Assembly: GCA_958009085.1 (NCBI GenBank)
Contig: OY253668.1
Location: forward strand, 868,001-932,000
Origin: Protoeuglena noctilucae
Lineage: Eukaryota
DNA length: 64,000 nucleotides
Direction of reading: 5' to 3'
Under the pieces are notes generated by a model that searched no databases, had not been told where the DNA came from, and was given only the letters and a program-made list of their open reading frames with translations. The translations under genes were made by a program, and so were the position numbers. This document shows, one piece after another, positions 1 to 12,618 of the stretch; the stretch's first letter is position 1; the number at the start of each line of letters is the position of its first letter.

Positions 1-2402
1 TCCCTATCGCCTGGCGCGGCAGAACCATCGCGGCCACGGCCTGGGGCAGCGACTGCGGCCCTCACCATGCTGATGCACGTGACGGGTCCCTCGTGCTCCG
101 CCTCCAGCACAAAGTCCGTGAAGTCCATGAGCCACAGGCGGAGGAGGTGGTCGGAGGAGCCCGTGGCGCACACGCCGTCGACCACGGCCAGGGACGTGAC
201 GGGGCCGCCGTGGAGGAGCATGATGCTCTCCACCCGCATCCGCGCCAGGTTGATCTGCACCAGGTGGCCGCTGCACGAAACGGGGGACACGTGCGTTGGA
301 CGGGAATCAGCCGCAGACATCACACACGTGGGGAGCCATTCTGCGCACTTGGCGGCCCACGCATGCGGGCCCTGGCCGCTCGCCTGGCCGCCGCCACGTA
401 CGCGTACTTGGCGTCCGTCTTGAGGCTCGTGAGGTTCACGTCGAAATCCAGGTCGGTGAACTCGTTGCCGCGGAGGACGGCGAGGGCCCCGGGGTCCTCC
501 TCCAGCCCGTCCTCGAGGCGGATGCTGCAGTGCCGGATGCTGCCGTGGCGCACACGGTGCGTGCGCACGCCGCGGCTCCCGCACGACACCAGGGTGAGGG
601 CCTCGAAGGGGCTGAACTTGATCGCCGCCACGGGGTGGTCGAGGAACCCCTTGGCCTCGAGGCTGCGAGCAAGGCACCCGAGGGCTGCCTTGCTGTGCCC
701 AAGGTCTGATACATCCCACATGCCATGCCATGGACCCTGCCGATCCCCTCCCTCCGCCCCGCATCTCCGGCAGCGAGTCCATCACCTGGCCGCGGCCGAC
801 TCGGGCGCCCCAAACAGCCCCTCCAGCTTCCACACCGCCAGCACGTGACGCCCCTGGGCGTTGAGACCCACCGCGGCCACGTGGCACGCGTCCGGGCTCA
901 CGTGCAGGCACGACAGGCCCCCCGCGTGCTCCTGCAGCACCGCGAGGCACGTGCCGCGCCGGTAGTCCCACACACGCACCTGGGTGCCGGGCCCCTCCTC
1001 CGCCGTGGCCATCACTGCGAGGGGAGGTATTCGCACCGCATGCGGCCCTTGCACGCCCCAGCAGCGCCTCGTCGGGAGCTGCAAGCCAGCCGCCCCAGCG
1101 GCGCCTCACCCCGGCCGCAGCTGCTGAAGCTGATGGTGCTGACGGCGGCCGCGTGGCCCCGGAAGAGCCTCCGGGGGGGGTCGGCCCTCTCCTCGTCACT
1201 CCCGCTCAGGTCCAGGGCCAGCACCAGCGACTGGCAGGCGATCACCAGCTCCAGCTTGCCGGGCACAAAGCACATGGTGCGGGGCTGGTCGGACGCATAC
1301 CCCACGAGCTTGTGCTGCGGAGCGTTCACGAGGGGGTCGAGGTCAGTGGCTGCCTGCCGGCGGCTCTGCAAGCATTTCGCGCCGCGCCTCGCCGTGCTTC
1401 CGCACCGTTGCGAAGCGTCCCTCGGCGGGCGCCCTGTCCGGCGGGGGCCCGCTCTCGAGCCGCGACTCTGCCGCCGTCCGGGCGGGCTTGACGAGCCGGA
1501 GGGTGCGCAGGCGCGCCCCGTCGCTGCGGGCCCGGCCGTGGGCAGCGACCCGGACCTGGCCGGGCGAGGTGGGATGGGCCGCGTCGCCCGCTTCGTCCCC
1601 GACGTGCTTCTTCGCCGGCGTTGCGAGCGTCTCCTGCAATCGTGGGGGTTGGGTGGGGCGTGACCGTTCGTCGCCCTGGCTGGGCGCCCGCACCGCTGCC
1701 GTGCCCGGCTCGCCCCCTCGCCTCGACGCTGAGGGGTGCGTGGGGCACCCAGACGGTGCGCACTGCCGCAACGACGTCCGGGCGATGGGAGAGGACCATG
1801 TCCTGGGGCAGGGCCGCAAACGAGTAGCGGTACGGCGACGTGAAGCAGTTGCGGACCACGAGCGACGCGCAGAGCTGGATGCTCCGGAGGGCCCGAAACT
1901 GCACGCCCGCCTGCTCCTGCATCAGCGCCTCGAGGTCCACGCACAGCACGTGCCACCCGGACGCCTCGGGGCGCACAGGGACGCGCACCGAGAGGTCCCC
2001 CGCCGAGGGCCCCGGCGCCTCCTCGGGGCTCCTCGGGGCCTTGATCAGGGAGCCGAGCGACACGCGCACGGGGCGCCCCGCGCGCCCGTCGTTGTCGACC
2101 TCCAGGTTGACGAGGAAGGGCCGGTCCACGTCCACGCGGACTTGGAGGTAGAGGAACCGACCGGTGAGGCCCGCGTTACCTCCCCGGCCCTTGGGAATCA
2201 TGACGTACGCGGACGTGGGCACGGCGCCATTCACCGCGAGCACCCGCTTGGCGATGAGGTCGTCGACAACCACCCGCACGTCCCCTCGCAGCGTGGCCCC
2301 TGCGCCGGATTCCACCTTGAACGCGCGGAACACGTTCACAAAGGGGCTCTGGTTGTCCACCTGCGAGGAATAAACGCAAAGGGCCTTGCTTACGCCGCCC
2401 AT
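1..2402 (-). CDS. WDR90: WD repeat protein 90 (POC16)-like centriolar protein: N-terminal CFAP20-like domain followed by WD40 repeats; spliced, runs off the left edge
   Basis: Exon reads QSPFVNVFRAF...LTGRFLYLQV...RPFLVNLEV...WHVLCVDL...LRSIQLCASLVVRNCFTS (CFA20-type domain). WD40 pieces follow (RLFRGHAAAVSTISFS, QVRVWDYRRGTCLAVLQEH, VAAIKFSPFEALTLVSCG). The start codon is uncertain. Confidence 0.8.
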
Positions 2403-3045
2403 CCACGAAAGGCGGGCTGCGGGGGGCGGTGAGGGCTACGCACCCGGGGCTGGAAGCGCCTCCCTGTCGCCCAGACGGCCTTCCCCGCGCCGGGACGGGG
2501 GGATGCCCCGGTCAAAGGCTCGTCCTCCGTCACGACCATCGCGCAGCCGCTCTCGGGCTCCAGGCCGCGGGCCAGCTGACGGAAGGGCAGGTGCCCAGAC
2601 GCCCAGCGCCGCCCCGAAAGTGCCGAAACGCGGGCACAGCCTGATACTGGCGTTCAAGCCCTAACGCGACGAAACCACTGCCCGTGGCAGAGAACGCGCC
2701 CGCGCCGGCGACTCCCGCCAAAACACTTCAAACGGCGGACGTGTGAGCCATGACGGAACAGCCTCCACACGTCAGCTGCGGGCGTGGGTACCGTTTGCAC
2801 GCGGATGGGACCCAGATGCCATCGCGGCAACGTGTGAGCGCGGCCTGGTCGTCTGAGAAACGTCAGATGCGTTTCCAGTGACCGCGTTGCCTTCTCCCCG
2901 TGCTTGCCAATTCGCAGCCATCGGCAACACGTGGCATATCCACAGGCCTCTACGCCGTGTGAAGGACGAGACACAGCCACAGTTGCAACTCCACTCGCCG
3001 GCGCCGTGGACGGAGGCAATCGCACCGTTCTTCCCGCCGCCGCCA

Positions 3046-5445
3046 TGTCGGGGACGGAGGAAGTCCCTGCCGCGGCAGCTGCTGCGGAGCAGGGCCCGAG
3101 CGAGCACGAGGTGAGCGCAGGCCATGTTTTATTGAAATTCAAACCTGCTTCGCGGCCCGGCCTGCGCTCCTGACGGCGTCCTCGCTCCCGCGAGACCAAT
3201 GGGTCCAATGCAGATTGACGAGCTGTACAAGAAGGGCGTCGCTTGCTTGCAAGGCGACGCAGCCGAGGAGGCAGTCAGCGTGTTCGGTGCTGTGCTCGAG
3301 GCGCGCGTCAAGGCGAGGCGGCCGGCGCGCCCGTCACGTGCAGTGAAGCGAGTATCCATTCCGCGTATCGCCGACCTCTCGGCGGGCGCCGCGCGCAGAT
3401 GTACGGGGATTTGGACCCGCGCACGGCCACCGCGTACTTCCAGTACGGCTCGTCGCTCCTCTTCAACGCCCAAGACACCTCCGACATGCTCGGTGGCCTC
3501 GTGAAGGATGCAGCCATCGCCAGGGCCAAGTCCCTCGTCGGGGCATCGCTGGAGCAAGCCGCGGGAGGTACGTGGTTGGGCCGGGCGAGCGTGCCGCCGC
3601 TCTTGACCGTCTCTTGTTATGCAATGACATCCGCGGATTCCCCTCCTGCATTGCAGGCAGCGCCGCCGGAGAGGACGGGGCTGGGCCTTCCGGGGTCGGC
3701 GCAGAAGCGGCAGAGGTTGGAAGCGTCGTTGTTTTGAACCCCAGGGGGCGCCGTCAGCTTGTCCAACCGCGTCGCGCAAGCTGGTGCCTCCCGCTCTTCG
3801 CAGGAGGAGGGTGGGGCGGCAGGGGAGGCCGACGAGACTGGCGCGGGTGCGTCCGGCCAGGCAGATGAGGGCGAGGGCGAGGGCGAGGGCGAGGGCGAGG
3901 GCGAGGGCGAGGGCGAGGGCGAGGGCGAGGGCGAGGGCGAGGGCGAGGGCGAGGGCGAGGGCGAGGGCGAGGGCGAGGAGGAGGAGGGGGGTGAGGGGGA
4001 GGAGGGCGAGGGAGATGAGGGGGAGGGAGATGAGGGGGAGTCAGAGGAGGGAGAGGGCGGCGAGGATGGCTCTGGGGATGGGTCGATGGAGGGGGCGGAG
4101 GGGGACCTGGATTTGGCGTGGAAGATGCTGGAGGTCGCCCGTGTCATTGCCGAGAAGGACCGGCCAGAGATGCTGGATCTCCTCATTGACACGCGCATGA
4201 GGCGAGGCCGGGGCGGCAAACGGCTTTTTGGTGTGCCGCGTAGCTGGGCGGCTGACATGCCATTGCACGCCCGGTGCTTGCAGGCTCGCGGAGGTGCAGA
4301 TCGAGCGGGAAGACTTGGATCTTTGCACGGAGGACCTGGAGCAGGCCATGGCGCTGCTGAAGGAGGAGCGCCCCCACGACCACAGCCGGGCCTTCAAGGT
4401 CCTGTCGCTCCTCGGCCTCGTCATGCAGGCGAGGCGCTGGTGCTGGGGCCCATGCCGCGGCAGGGGTGGGCCTTCCTCAATCTCGAACCGAGCTGTCCCT
4501 GGGTGTCTGAGTCTGCAGATGAAAGGCGATCTTCCGGGCGCCATCCGCCACATGTCCAGCGGCCTGGAGACTTGCCAGTCGCGCCTGGCTACCGTGCGCG
4601 CCGAGCTAGCGGCCGCCGGCGAGGGGGGCGCCGAGGTGAACCGGAAGGGGACATGGTTGTGACAGCGAGCAGTCCGCCAGCTCACGAATTGAGCAAGCAC
4701 CAAAACAATCTCCCTCCCCTCCCGACGCTCAGCAGGGCAAACTTGCGCGCGAGCTGCCGCACCTCGAGCAGACGGTCAAGGACCTGGAGGAGCGGCTGCA
4801 AGAGCTCAAGGTGACACCAATGTGCAGGCTGGGCGCGAGAGCCAAGGCATGGCGTTCCCCCCGCTGCCGATGAGCGGCCCAGGAATGCTTCTTCTTCCGC
4901 ACGACAGGATGCTGTGGTGGCCAAGGAGGTGGTGGCCGCGCAGGGTGGCTGGGAAGCCAAGATGCGGGCCGCGATGGCAGGGGGTGACGCCGAGCAGAGC
5001 CCCTTTGTGGGCGAGGCGGCCAAGCCGTGCGCACCGGTGACGAACTTGGGAGTTATCCGGAGCTCCAAGCGCGCCGCGGACGCCAACAACGCGGTGAGCG
5101 GCAGCGGACCTGATGGCGTGTCCTGGCCGCGTTGATGGCGATCAGCAGTCATTCAATCCGGGATTCCGTGATCTCAGGACGCGGAGGAGACGGGCGAGGG
5201 GAAGAAAAAGGCGCGCATCGAGCCTGTGGCGCTAAGCAAGGCGAGGAATCAGGGCGCACGCTGCCGATGCTGTGCAAGCTCGCCGCTGCGCTAATTCAGC
5301 GGGGCGTGATTCCCTCCGGCCGCAGAACGTCGTAGATGGCGAGAAGGAGAACCAGGAGCGGCCGATGGTCGTCCCCTCCTTCCTAGCTGCGTTCGGCCGG
5401 CCCGGCGACGCCGAGGCGCCCAGCACTGGGGAAGGGCGCGATTGA
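3046..5445 (+). CDS. NASP: NASP/Sim3/Hif1-like histone chaperone (SHNi-TPR) with acidic insertion; multi-exon
   Basis: Spliced TPR motifs (YGDLDPRTATAYFQYGSSLLFNAQ; GDLDLAWKMLEVARVI; LAEVQIEREDLDLCTEDLEQAMALL) are interrupted by a long E/G/D tract. The C-terminus has PVTNLGVI and a basic KKKARIEP. The last exon ends in TGA at 5443-5445. Confidence 0.85.
3867..3974 (+). repeat. Perfect hexanucleotide microsatellite (GAGGGC)18 encoding (Glu-Gly)18 inside NASP
   Basis: Counted directly in the sequence; followed by a degenerate GAG/GGG-rich acidic tract. Confidence 0.95.
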
Positions 5446-5742
5446 GACTCTCGTCTCGAGCCTCGCTGGCTTTGTGGCAGCCATTCTGTTCAGGGCAGGG
5501 ACCTGGGGACCGCGGGAGGCGCGCGGCCGGTAGGAGTGCTCCTGCAACAGCTTTCTGGCCAGAAAAGTTTGAAGGAGAGGCGCCTTCCTGCCACTGCGGA
5601 GAGAAATCGCCGTCGAGATCACGCGGGGAAGTCCAGCACTGCGTCTGTCGCTGTTTTCTTCGGTGTTTGGGCTGCTCTGGGCGATCCAGCGAGCGGTGGG
5701 GAGCGACGCCGTTCCGGTGCCCTCCTGAAGCTAGAAGCGACC

Positions 5743-7107
5743 ATGGGACCGGGGCGCGTGTGGGTGGGGGGCCTCCCGATGGACGTCCGCGAGAGCGAGG
5801 TGATTTGGGCGTCTCTCGGGTAGCGTCATCGCTATCAGAGACGGAGATGTGGCGATCGGGCAGGAGGTGGCGTCGCGAGGGCGGTCGGGCTCTCCCCGGG
5901 CCGCGGCGCGACTTTCCCGCCGCAGCCGCCCGCCTCGTCGCCCAGCGACGCGCGGGTCTTGTCAAATGCCCAGGCCGCACTCTTGGAGGGGGAGGAGGCT
6001 GAGCGCTCGGGATCCTGGCGGACGGGCCTGGCCTCGTGGGACCTGTGACATCTCCCGGCGGAGGCGGACGGGATTGCTGTCGCTAGGAGCTCCCTGGACA
6101 ATGGAATTTCCGTGTGGTGGAGGATGGGATGCCCCACCGTCGAAGCGGGCGCGTTTGCTGAGCGGTGGAGGAGGGACCGCCGTGAGCTCCCGCGAGCCTC
6201 AGGGGGATCACTCGCTTGCCAGCGGCATGTGCTGGCCGGCCAGAACGCTTGGGTGCGCTGACGGGGTCCGCCTCGCCCTCCCCTGCCCCGCAGCTGGAGG
6301 ACTTCTTCCACAAGTACGGGCGCATCACGGAGATCACCATCCGCAACCGCAAGCCCCCGGCGTTCGCGTACGTGGAGTTTGCGGATCCGAGGGACGCTGA
6401 TGACGCCGTGCGCGGCCGGAACGGGGTCGACTTCGGGGGCGGGTTCCCCGTCAAGTGCGACATCGCCAAAGAGGAGCGCCGCGGCTTCGGCCCGGGCCCG
6501 TACGGGGGCCCGCCCATGGGGGGTCGGTCGGCGTTCCCGCCGTCGCGGAAAACCCGCTACAAGGTCATCGTGGAGGGCCTGCCCGAGTCGGCCTCGTGGC
6601 AGGACCTGAAGGACCACATGCGCGAGGCGGGCGACGTGACGTACGTCCAGGTGTACCGCGACGACAAGGGCACGTACGGCCTCGTCGACTACGCCACGCT
6701 CGACGACATGGAGCGGGCCATCCGCAAGATTGATGACACCAAGGTGAGATTTCAGTGGAGGGGCGGCGGCTTCTCGAGCCGGCGCCCACTGAACCGCTGC
6801 CAGGGATTCACGTGGTCCCGCACCCCCTCACTCCCTGCAGTTCAAGAACCCGTACGACTCGTCCTACATCACGGTGCGGGCGTACGAGGACCCCGCGGAG
6901 GCCCGCCAGGACCGGCCTCGCCGGCGGTCGCGGTCGCGGTCGCCGTCTCGCTCGCGCGCGGACCGCGGCCGCTCTCGCTCGCCCAGGGACCGGTCGCCCC
7001 GTGCCCGCTCGCCCCGGAACCGCTCGCCGAGGGACCCCTCGCCCCGGGACCGCTCGCCGCGGGAGAGGAGCCCGTCCCCGCGCCCCGCCAGCCCCGCGAG
7101 GGATTAG
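5743..7107 (+). CDS. SR splicing factor of the SRSF1/SR30-34 type (RRM + pseudo-RRM + RS domain)
   Basis: RNP2 RVWVGGLP, RNP1 PAFAYVEF, the diagnostic SWQDLKD motif of RRM2 and an RS/SP-repeat tail. Introns at 5800-6293 and 6744-6840. Confidence 0.93.
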
Positions 7108-7323
7108 GCTGGCGTGGGTAGCGCTTGGTTAGCGCTGTCAGCCAGGGGGACTGGCGTTGGCACTGTTTGAATCCAGCAGTGCAGCAGTCAGAACGGCAGG
7201 ATCAGCGCATAAATCCTCAGAGGGTCCAAAGAACGCGACCTGCGTATCATATCTCGAGGGTTGTCCGTTGGCGATTCATGACGCACTCGCACTAACCTGG
7301 GCAGCTCGAGTGAGGCAGCCGCG

Positions 7324-8183
7324 ATGTCGTTGGGACGCGCTTTGCGCGGTTGGCGGCGCTACTTTGTTCAAGCGTCGTGTTCGAGTAGCTCAGGGGCCTT
7401 CTGCGCGAGGTCTGGGCTGGAGGGGGCCGGTTGTGCGTCTGGGACGTGGCACCGGGAAGAGCCTTCGTTTTGTTCGGGGAGGGCGGCGAGGGGAGGCTGG
7501 GGTGCATTCTACAGCTCTCCACGCTTGCTATCCATCGACGCGGATGCCCAGGAATCGCGCAGGACGCCGCAGAGTGTGCTGAACCTCAGCGACGCAGCCA
7601 TCGCGCGCCTCCGCGAGCTTCAAAAGGCGCGAGGCGCGCAGCGCGCGTGTCGTCCTGGATGCGAGGCTGATGCGGCTGCCGTGGCCGCGACGGATTTCCA
7701 CCCTGCGCGCCTTTCCTGCAGGGCTCGGACGAGGTGCTGCGCATTTCTGTCGAAGCCGGGGGGTGCAGCGGTTTCCAATATCACTTCACGTGGGTTGCGT
7801 CGTCCAAGTGAGGCATCGATCCGACGGTGTAGCATGGCGAGTACCGCGGGGAACCTTGCTGGAAAGAAGGAACCTTGCTCCCCTCCCAGGGAGCTGGACC
7901 CTTCAGACATGCGCATGGAGCAGGACGGGGCCAAGGTCGCCGTAGACGCGGTGTCGATGGAGTTTCTTCGCGGGGCGACGGTGGACTTCCAGGTGCCACC
8001 CTGTGCTCACTGCCCGTGCTTGTTTGCGTGCACTTGTTGCCTGGTGGAGTGCCACTAGGTCGCATGACCTCAACCCCACCCCCGCAGGACGACCTCATGC
8101 GTTCTGCCTTCGTCATCACGGCAAATCCACACGCCCAGAGCGCATGCGGCTGCGGGTCTTCGTTTGTGGCCAAGGACGCATGA
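7324..8183 (+). CDS. A-type iron-sulfur cluster assembly protein (IscA/HesB family, ISCA2-like), probably mitochondrial
   Basis: Spliced product contains LRISVEAGGCSGFQY, VAVDAVSMEFLRGATVDF and a terminal CGCGSSF. The N-terminus is R/S-rich like a targeting peptide. Confidence 0.92.
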
Positions 8184-8280
8184 CATCCAGCACCGGTTTG
8201 AGTCAGCAGCGTGCGTGTCTACTGCAAGCGACCTCCTAGGACAGGTGCACGAGGACGGCGCGCAGCCCTCTACAGCTCGC

Positions 8281-11200
8281 TTAAGCAGTCACCGCCTTGG
8301 CCTTCTTCTTTCTCCTGCCGCCAAGCGCGCCCTCCGAGGGGATCGCCAAACCCATTTCATCCATCTGCGTGACGTAACGAGAGCATGCATGCGCGTGGTG
8401 GCGCCCGTGCCCCGCTGCCCTGCCCCCCCACCCCACACGCCTCCCTCGCCCTCACCGCGACCTGGCTGGCAGCCAGCCTGCGCTTCAGGTGCTCCAGGGC
8501 GCTGCAGTTGAAGCCCATGCAGTCCTTCGCGCTCTGCACGCGAGGCCGCAGCCGCCCCTGGAGCGCCAGGAGCACCGTCCGCGTCTCGGGCGACGCAGAC
8601 AGCTGACGGTGGTGTATGCGGAGGAGGAGATTGGTCACCCTGCGCGGGGGAGTCCGCGTGACAGGTCGCCGCACGGTGGCACGTTGGTCATCGCGCGCAC
8701 TCGCGGCCGGGCCCGGGTCTACAGCGTCCGCAGCGCCCGCCTGCGTGCCGACGCACCTGACGCAGAGCTCCAAATGATTCCGCCTGTCCATCCACGACGG
8801 CATCAGGCGCAGGATGCGCACGGCGTCATGGAAGGGTACCACCAGCAGCGCCTGCTCCAGGTCCGCAGCCCGCACCCCCGCGATGCGCCGCAGCACGTAC
8901 TCCCCTGGGGGCAGCCCCAGCAGCAGCGGGTTGGGCTGGAACGGCCCCGCCTGCCCGTCCGAACTGCGCAGAGGGACACGGCGACTGCTCAGCCGGCCGC
9001 ACGGCGCCCCCACACACTGTCGGTGCCGCGCTGCCGAGGGCGTCCCCCCTCACTCGTGCTCTGCGAGCCGTTTCTCCTCCACTGCCGCCATGTCCAGGGC
9101 GTCGATGATGGCGTCTGCGGATGTGACGACTTCGGACGACCGCGTCCCGGCCACGTCAGTCGCCCCCGCCGCACCATCGTCCTGCGTTCGTCAAGCGGGG
9201 CATCGCGCTTCGCCCACGGGGCACCCGCACTTGCCAGGCGCTCGCCCGCTCCCCACGCCAGCCCTCCGCCCACCTTCCTCCTCTCCTCATCTCCCCCCGC
9301 GCCCTCCTCCCACATCGACTCCAGCCGACGCTCCTTCTCCTCCTCGACGAAGAAGGGCTCGTCCGTCCGCTCCCAGCGTCGCAGGGACCGGTCGTGCCCG
9401 CCCGTAACCACCATGTCGCCCCCCCCGCTCACGGCCAGAGCCCAGGCCTCCCCGAAGTGGCCATCCAGCACCAGCAGCTTCTCGAACTTGTCGCAGTCCC
9501 AGTAGCAGAGCGTGCCGTCGCGCCCGCAGGTGAAGGCGAAGTGCGTGCGCGGCACGAACGCCGCCTGCATCACGCTGTCGCGGTGCGCGCGGAGCGTGCG
9601 GTGGCAGTCCCCAAAGTCGAGGCCCCAAACGCGCACGCTCTTGTCGGCGGACCCGGACAGGAGGAGCGTCGAGTCGCTGGAGATGTCCATGCACAGCACG
9701 GGGAGCTTGTGCCCGTACTGCGAGGGCGGGGCGCGCGACCCTTCGAGTCGAAGTCCCCACGGACAGGGGACGCCACGCTGGCCGGTCGCATCGGCACTTC
9801 CTCACCAGCGAGAGGTAGAACTTGAAGGTGTCGAGGAAGAAGACCTTGACCGTGGCGTCCAGGAGAGCGCAGGCCACCAGGCGTCCGTCCGGGGAGCACC
9901 GCACGCACAGCACGTCGTCGGACAGCCGCAGGGTGCGCGTGTGGCGGCACCCGAGCCGCGCCTGCCCGCCCTCCTCCACCACCTCCAGCTCCCACGCCTT
10001 GACGTCCTTGTCCGCGCTCCCCGTCAGGAACCCTGCAGGCCACGCCGCTGCCACAGTTGCACGACCGCTCCCTCCCCTGTGACGGGACCGTACCGACGCG
10101 CGCCCCATCACCTGAGCGGTCCGGCGTCAAGCACACGCTCCACACGGGCCCCTCGTGCGCATCCACTCGGGCCACCACCTCCCCCGCCGCCACATCCACC
10201 AGCTCCACCTGGCCCCCCTTGGTCCCCACGGCCGCGTGGCGCCCTCCCGGCAGGAACATCGCGGAGAGTCCGTAGCCCACTTCATCCACCGAACGCAGAC
10301 ACTTGCCTGCAGGGGCCGCGGCGGACAGGCGATCCTCGCGGCGGCGTCCAGGCTGGCCAGCACAGGCGCCCATCCCACCCCAGGGAAGCGCCACGCCGCT
10401 CACCCGTTCGCGGGTTCCAGACTTTGGCCCCCGCGTTGGACGTGGATAGGAGGAGGCTGTCGTCCGCGCTCAGGGCCAGAGCCCGCACGTCCGACCGGTG
10501 CCCGGGCCCCTGGACCCCGAATCCCCGCTCCGCCCCGTCCTCCGCCACGGCCCAGCATTCGACGCTGTTGTTGGAGTACACGACCGTGACGCGGCCCAGC
10601 TCTCCTTCCCGCGCCTTCCCCTCCTCGGGGGCAAACGCCGCCGCGACCACCTTGCCCTTGGTCCGCACCTCGTGCAGCGGCGCCAGCTCATCGCTGGCAA
10701 CCAAGCCGGCGTCCGGCTCAGCCGCGCCGTCGCCCTCGCCCTCCCGCTTCTTCTGACCCCGCTTCTGCCTCCGCTTCACGTGCAGGTGCACCTCCCGGCG
10801 GTCACGCACGCTGCGAGGGGCACAGGCGGCCACTGCCACAGAGTGCTGGGCCGCTGCCGCAAGCGCCCCCACGGAGGGGACCGCCTCGCACCGGCCACAG
10901 CGGCCCGTGCCGCTCTCACCGGAACACCTCAAACCCCTTGCCAGCGCTCGCCACGCACAGGAGGTCCCCCCGTGAGCTGAACCGCACCGACGCCACTCGG
11001 TCGGGGAGCTTCCGGCGCAGGGAGCCCATGAAGTGCAGCACGTCGGGCAGGTCATCCCTGGGTGCATGGCTGTGCACGGCGGGTGTCAGGCACAACTCGG
11101 TCGCAGTGGCGAGCGAATTGGTGCTTCAAGTCAGGTTGAATCCTGGCCACCTCACCCTGCAGGACCCGGCCCTGCCTCGTTCGCCTCCCGCGTCCGCTTC

Positions 11201-12215
11201 AAAGGTGGCTCCTCCCCTTCCCCCGCCTCCCCCACGCGGTACACCCGCACCTCCGCGTCCGCCGACCCCGTGACCGCCCGCCGCCCGTCGGGGCTCACGT
11301 CCAGCGACCACACCTCCCCGCGGTGCCCTACCACAGACTGGCGGCAGTGCTGCGTGGCCAGGTCCCAAACACGCAGGTAGCTGTCCTTGCTGCAGGAGAG
11401 GGCGGCGAGTTGGCCCTCGGTCGGCGGGTCCTGGAATCTACGGCAGGGCATCCAGGTGCAGGGCAGCTGAGCCGCACCTGCACGACAGCAGCACGCCGTC
11501 GTCACTCGCAAAGGCCAAGTCGGTCACCATGCCTTTGTGCCCGCGGAGTTTGAACAACCCTGCCTCCCTGCAGGCGGGGGGAGCAGGGCCTTTGCTGGGG
11601 CCAAATGGGCACAGCACCTCCCTGACCCCACGTGGGCCCGGCCACCTACCCCGCGACGTCCCACAAGTTGATGTTGGTATCGCGACCCCCCGACGCGAGC
11701 CTGGCTCCGTCTGCCGAGAAGCGGAGGCACGACACGGCGTGCTTGTGGCCCGTGAGGGTGGCCGTGCACTCGCGCCGGGCCAAGTCCCAGAGGCGGATGG
11801 TCCCGTCACTGCGGCGTAGTCAGTGACATCTCCATGAGGGCTCCGTTTCGCTTTGCCGAGGGCCGGCCACTGTTCAAGCCGCACCTGTACCCGGCCGCCA
11901 GCTGCCGCGTGGAGCTCAACGCGAGGCAAGTGACGCGCGGTGCCGCGGCGTCGTTCGCCCCGCGGGGAGCCTCCATCCTCGCGACCTCCTGGCCCTGCCG
12001 CAAGTTCCAGAGGAGGACAGCCTCCGCAGCCCCCGTGGCGACCTGGGCGGCCCCCACGTGCACGACATTGCAGTCTGCGGCGGCAGTCACGGCGCTGTCA
12101 GCGAGCGCAGGTCATCGAAACGCATGCGCGCGCGACGGGGCCTCTTGCGCGACGCACCGGACGCGATGACCCCGAAGGCGGCGGCGTGCTCGTAGCGGAG
12201 GTACGCTTTGACCAT
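8281..12215 (-). CDS. UTP12: WDR3/Dip2/Utp12 small-subunit processome WD40 protein; multi-exon
   Basis: Starts MVKAYLRYEHAAAFGVI and contains GHRSDVRALALS, LYGHKLPVLCMDISSDSTLLLSGSADK, HDRSLRRWERTDEPFFVEEEKERRLE and a Utp12 C-terminal domain (DLEQALLVVPFHDA, KDCMGFN). Confidence 0.92.
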
Positions 12216-12618
12216 CCCGGGCCCCCGCGCCGATGCCGGGCTGCCCCGGAGGAAGCTGAATAGCACGAGGATACAGACTCAAGCGAGGCGCTCCGATATC
12301 CTGAGACGGGACAGTGGGGAACGGGCACGGCTGATGCCCGTGGCTGCGAGGCGCCCGAGCAGCTCTGGGTTTGGAACTGCACCGGCAGAATATGGACACG
12401 ACAACGTAACGACGGGATTGCCGCGAAACAGGCGCATCAGGGCACCCCTGACTTGGTGTGTAGCATGGCACGGCAGTTCCTACAGCCGCGACAGGGACGG
12501 CGCGTTTCTCGAGGCATCAGCGAGTCTTGCCGTCAAGTAAGGAGAAGTGGGAGGCGCGGGCATTGTTGACGTGGAACTCTTCTCGTGCTGCAGAGCAGCG
12601 CATTAGGGTGGAGGTGCT

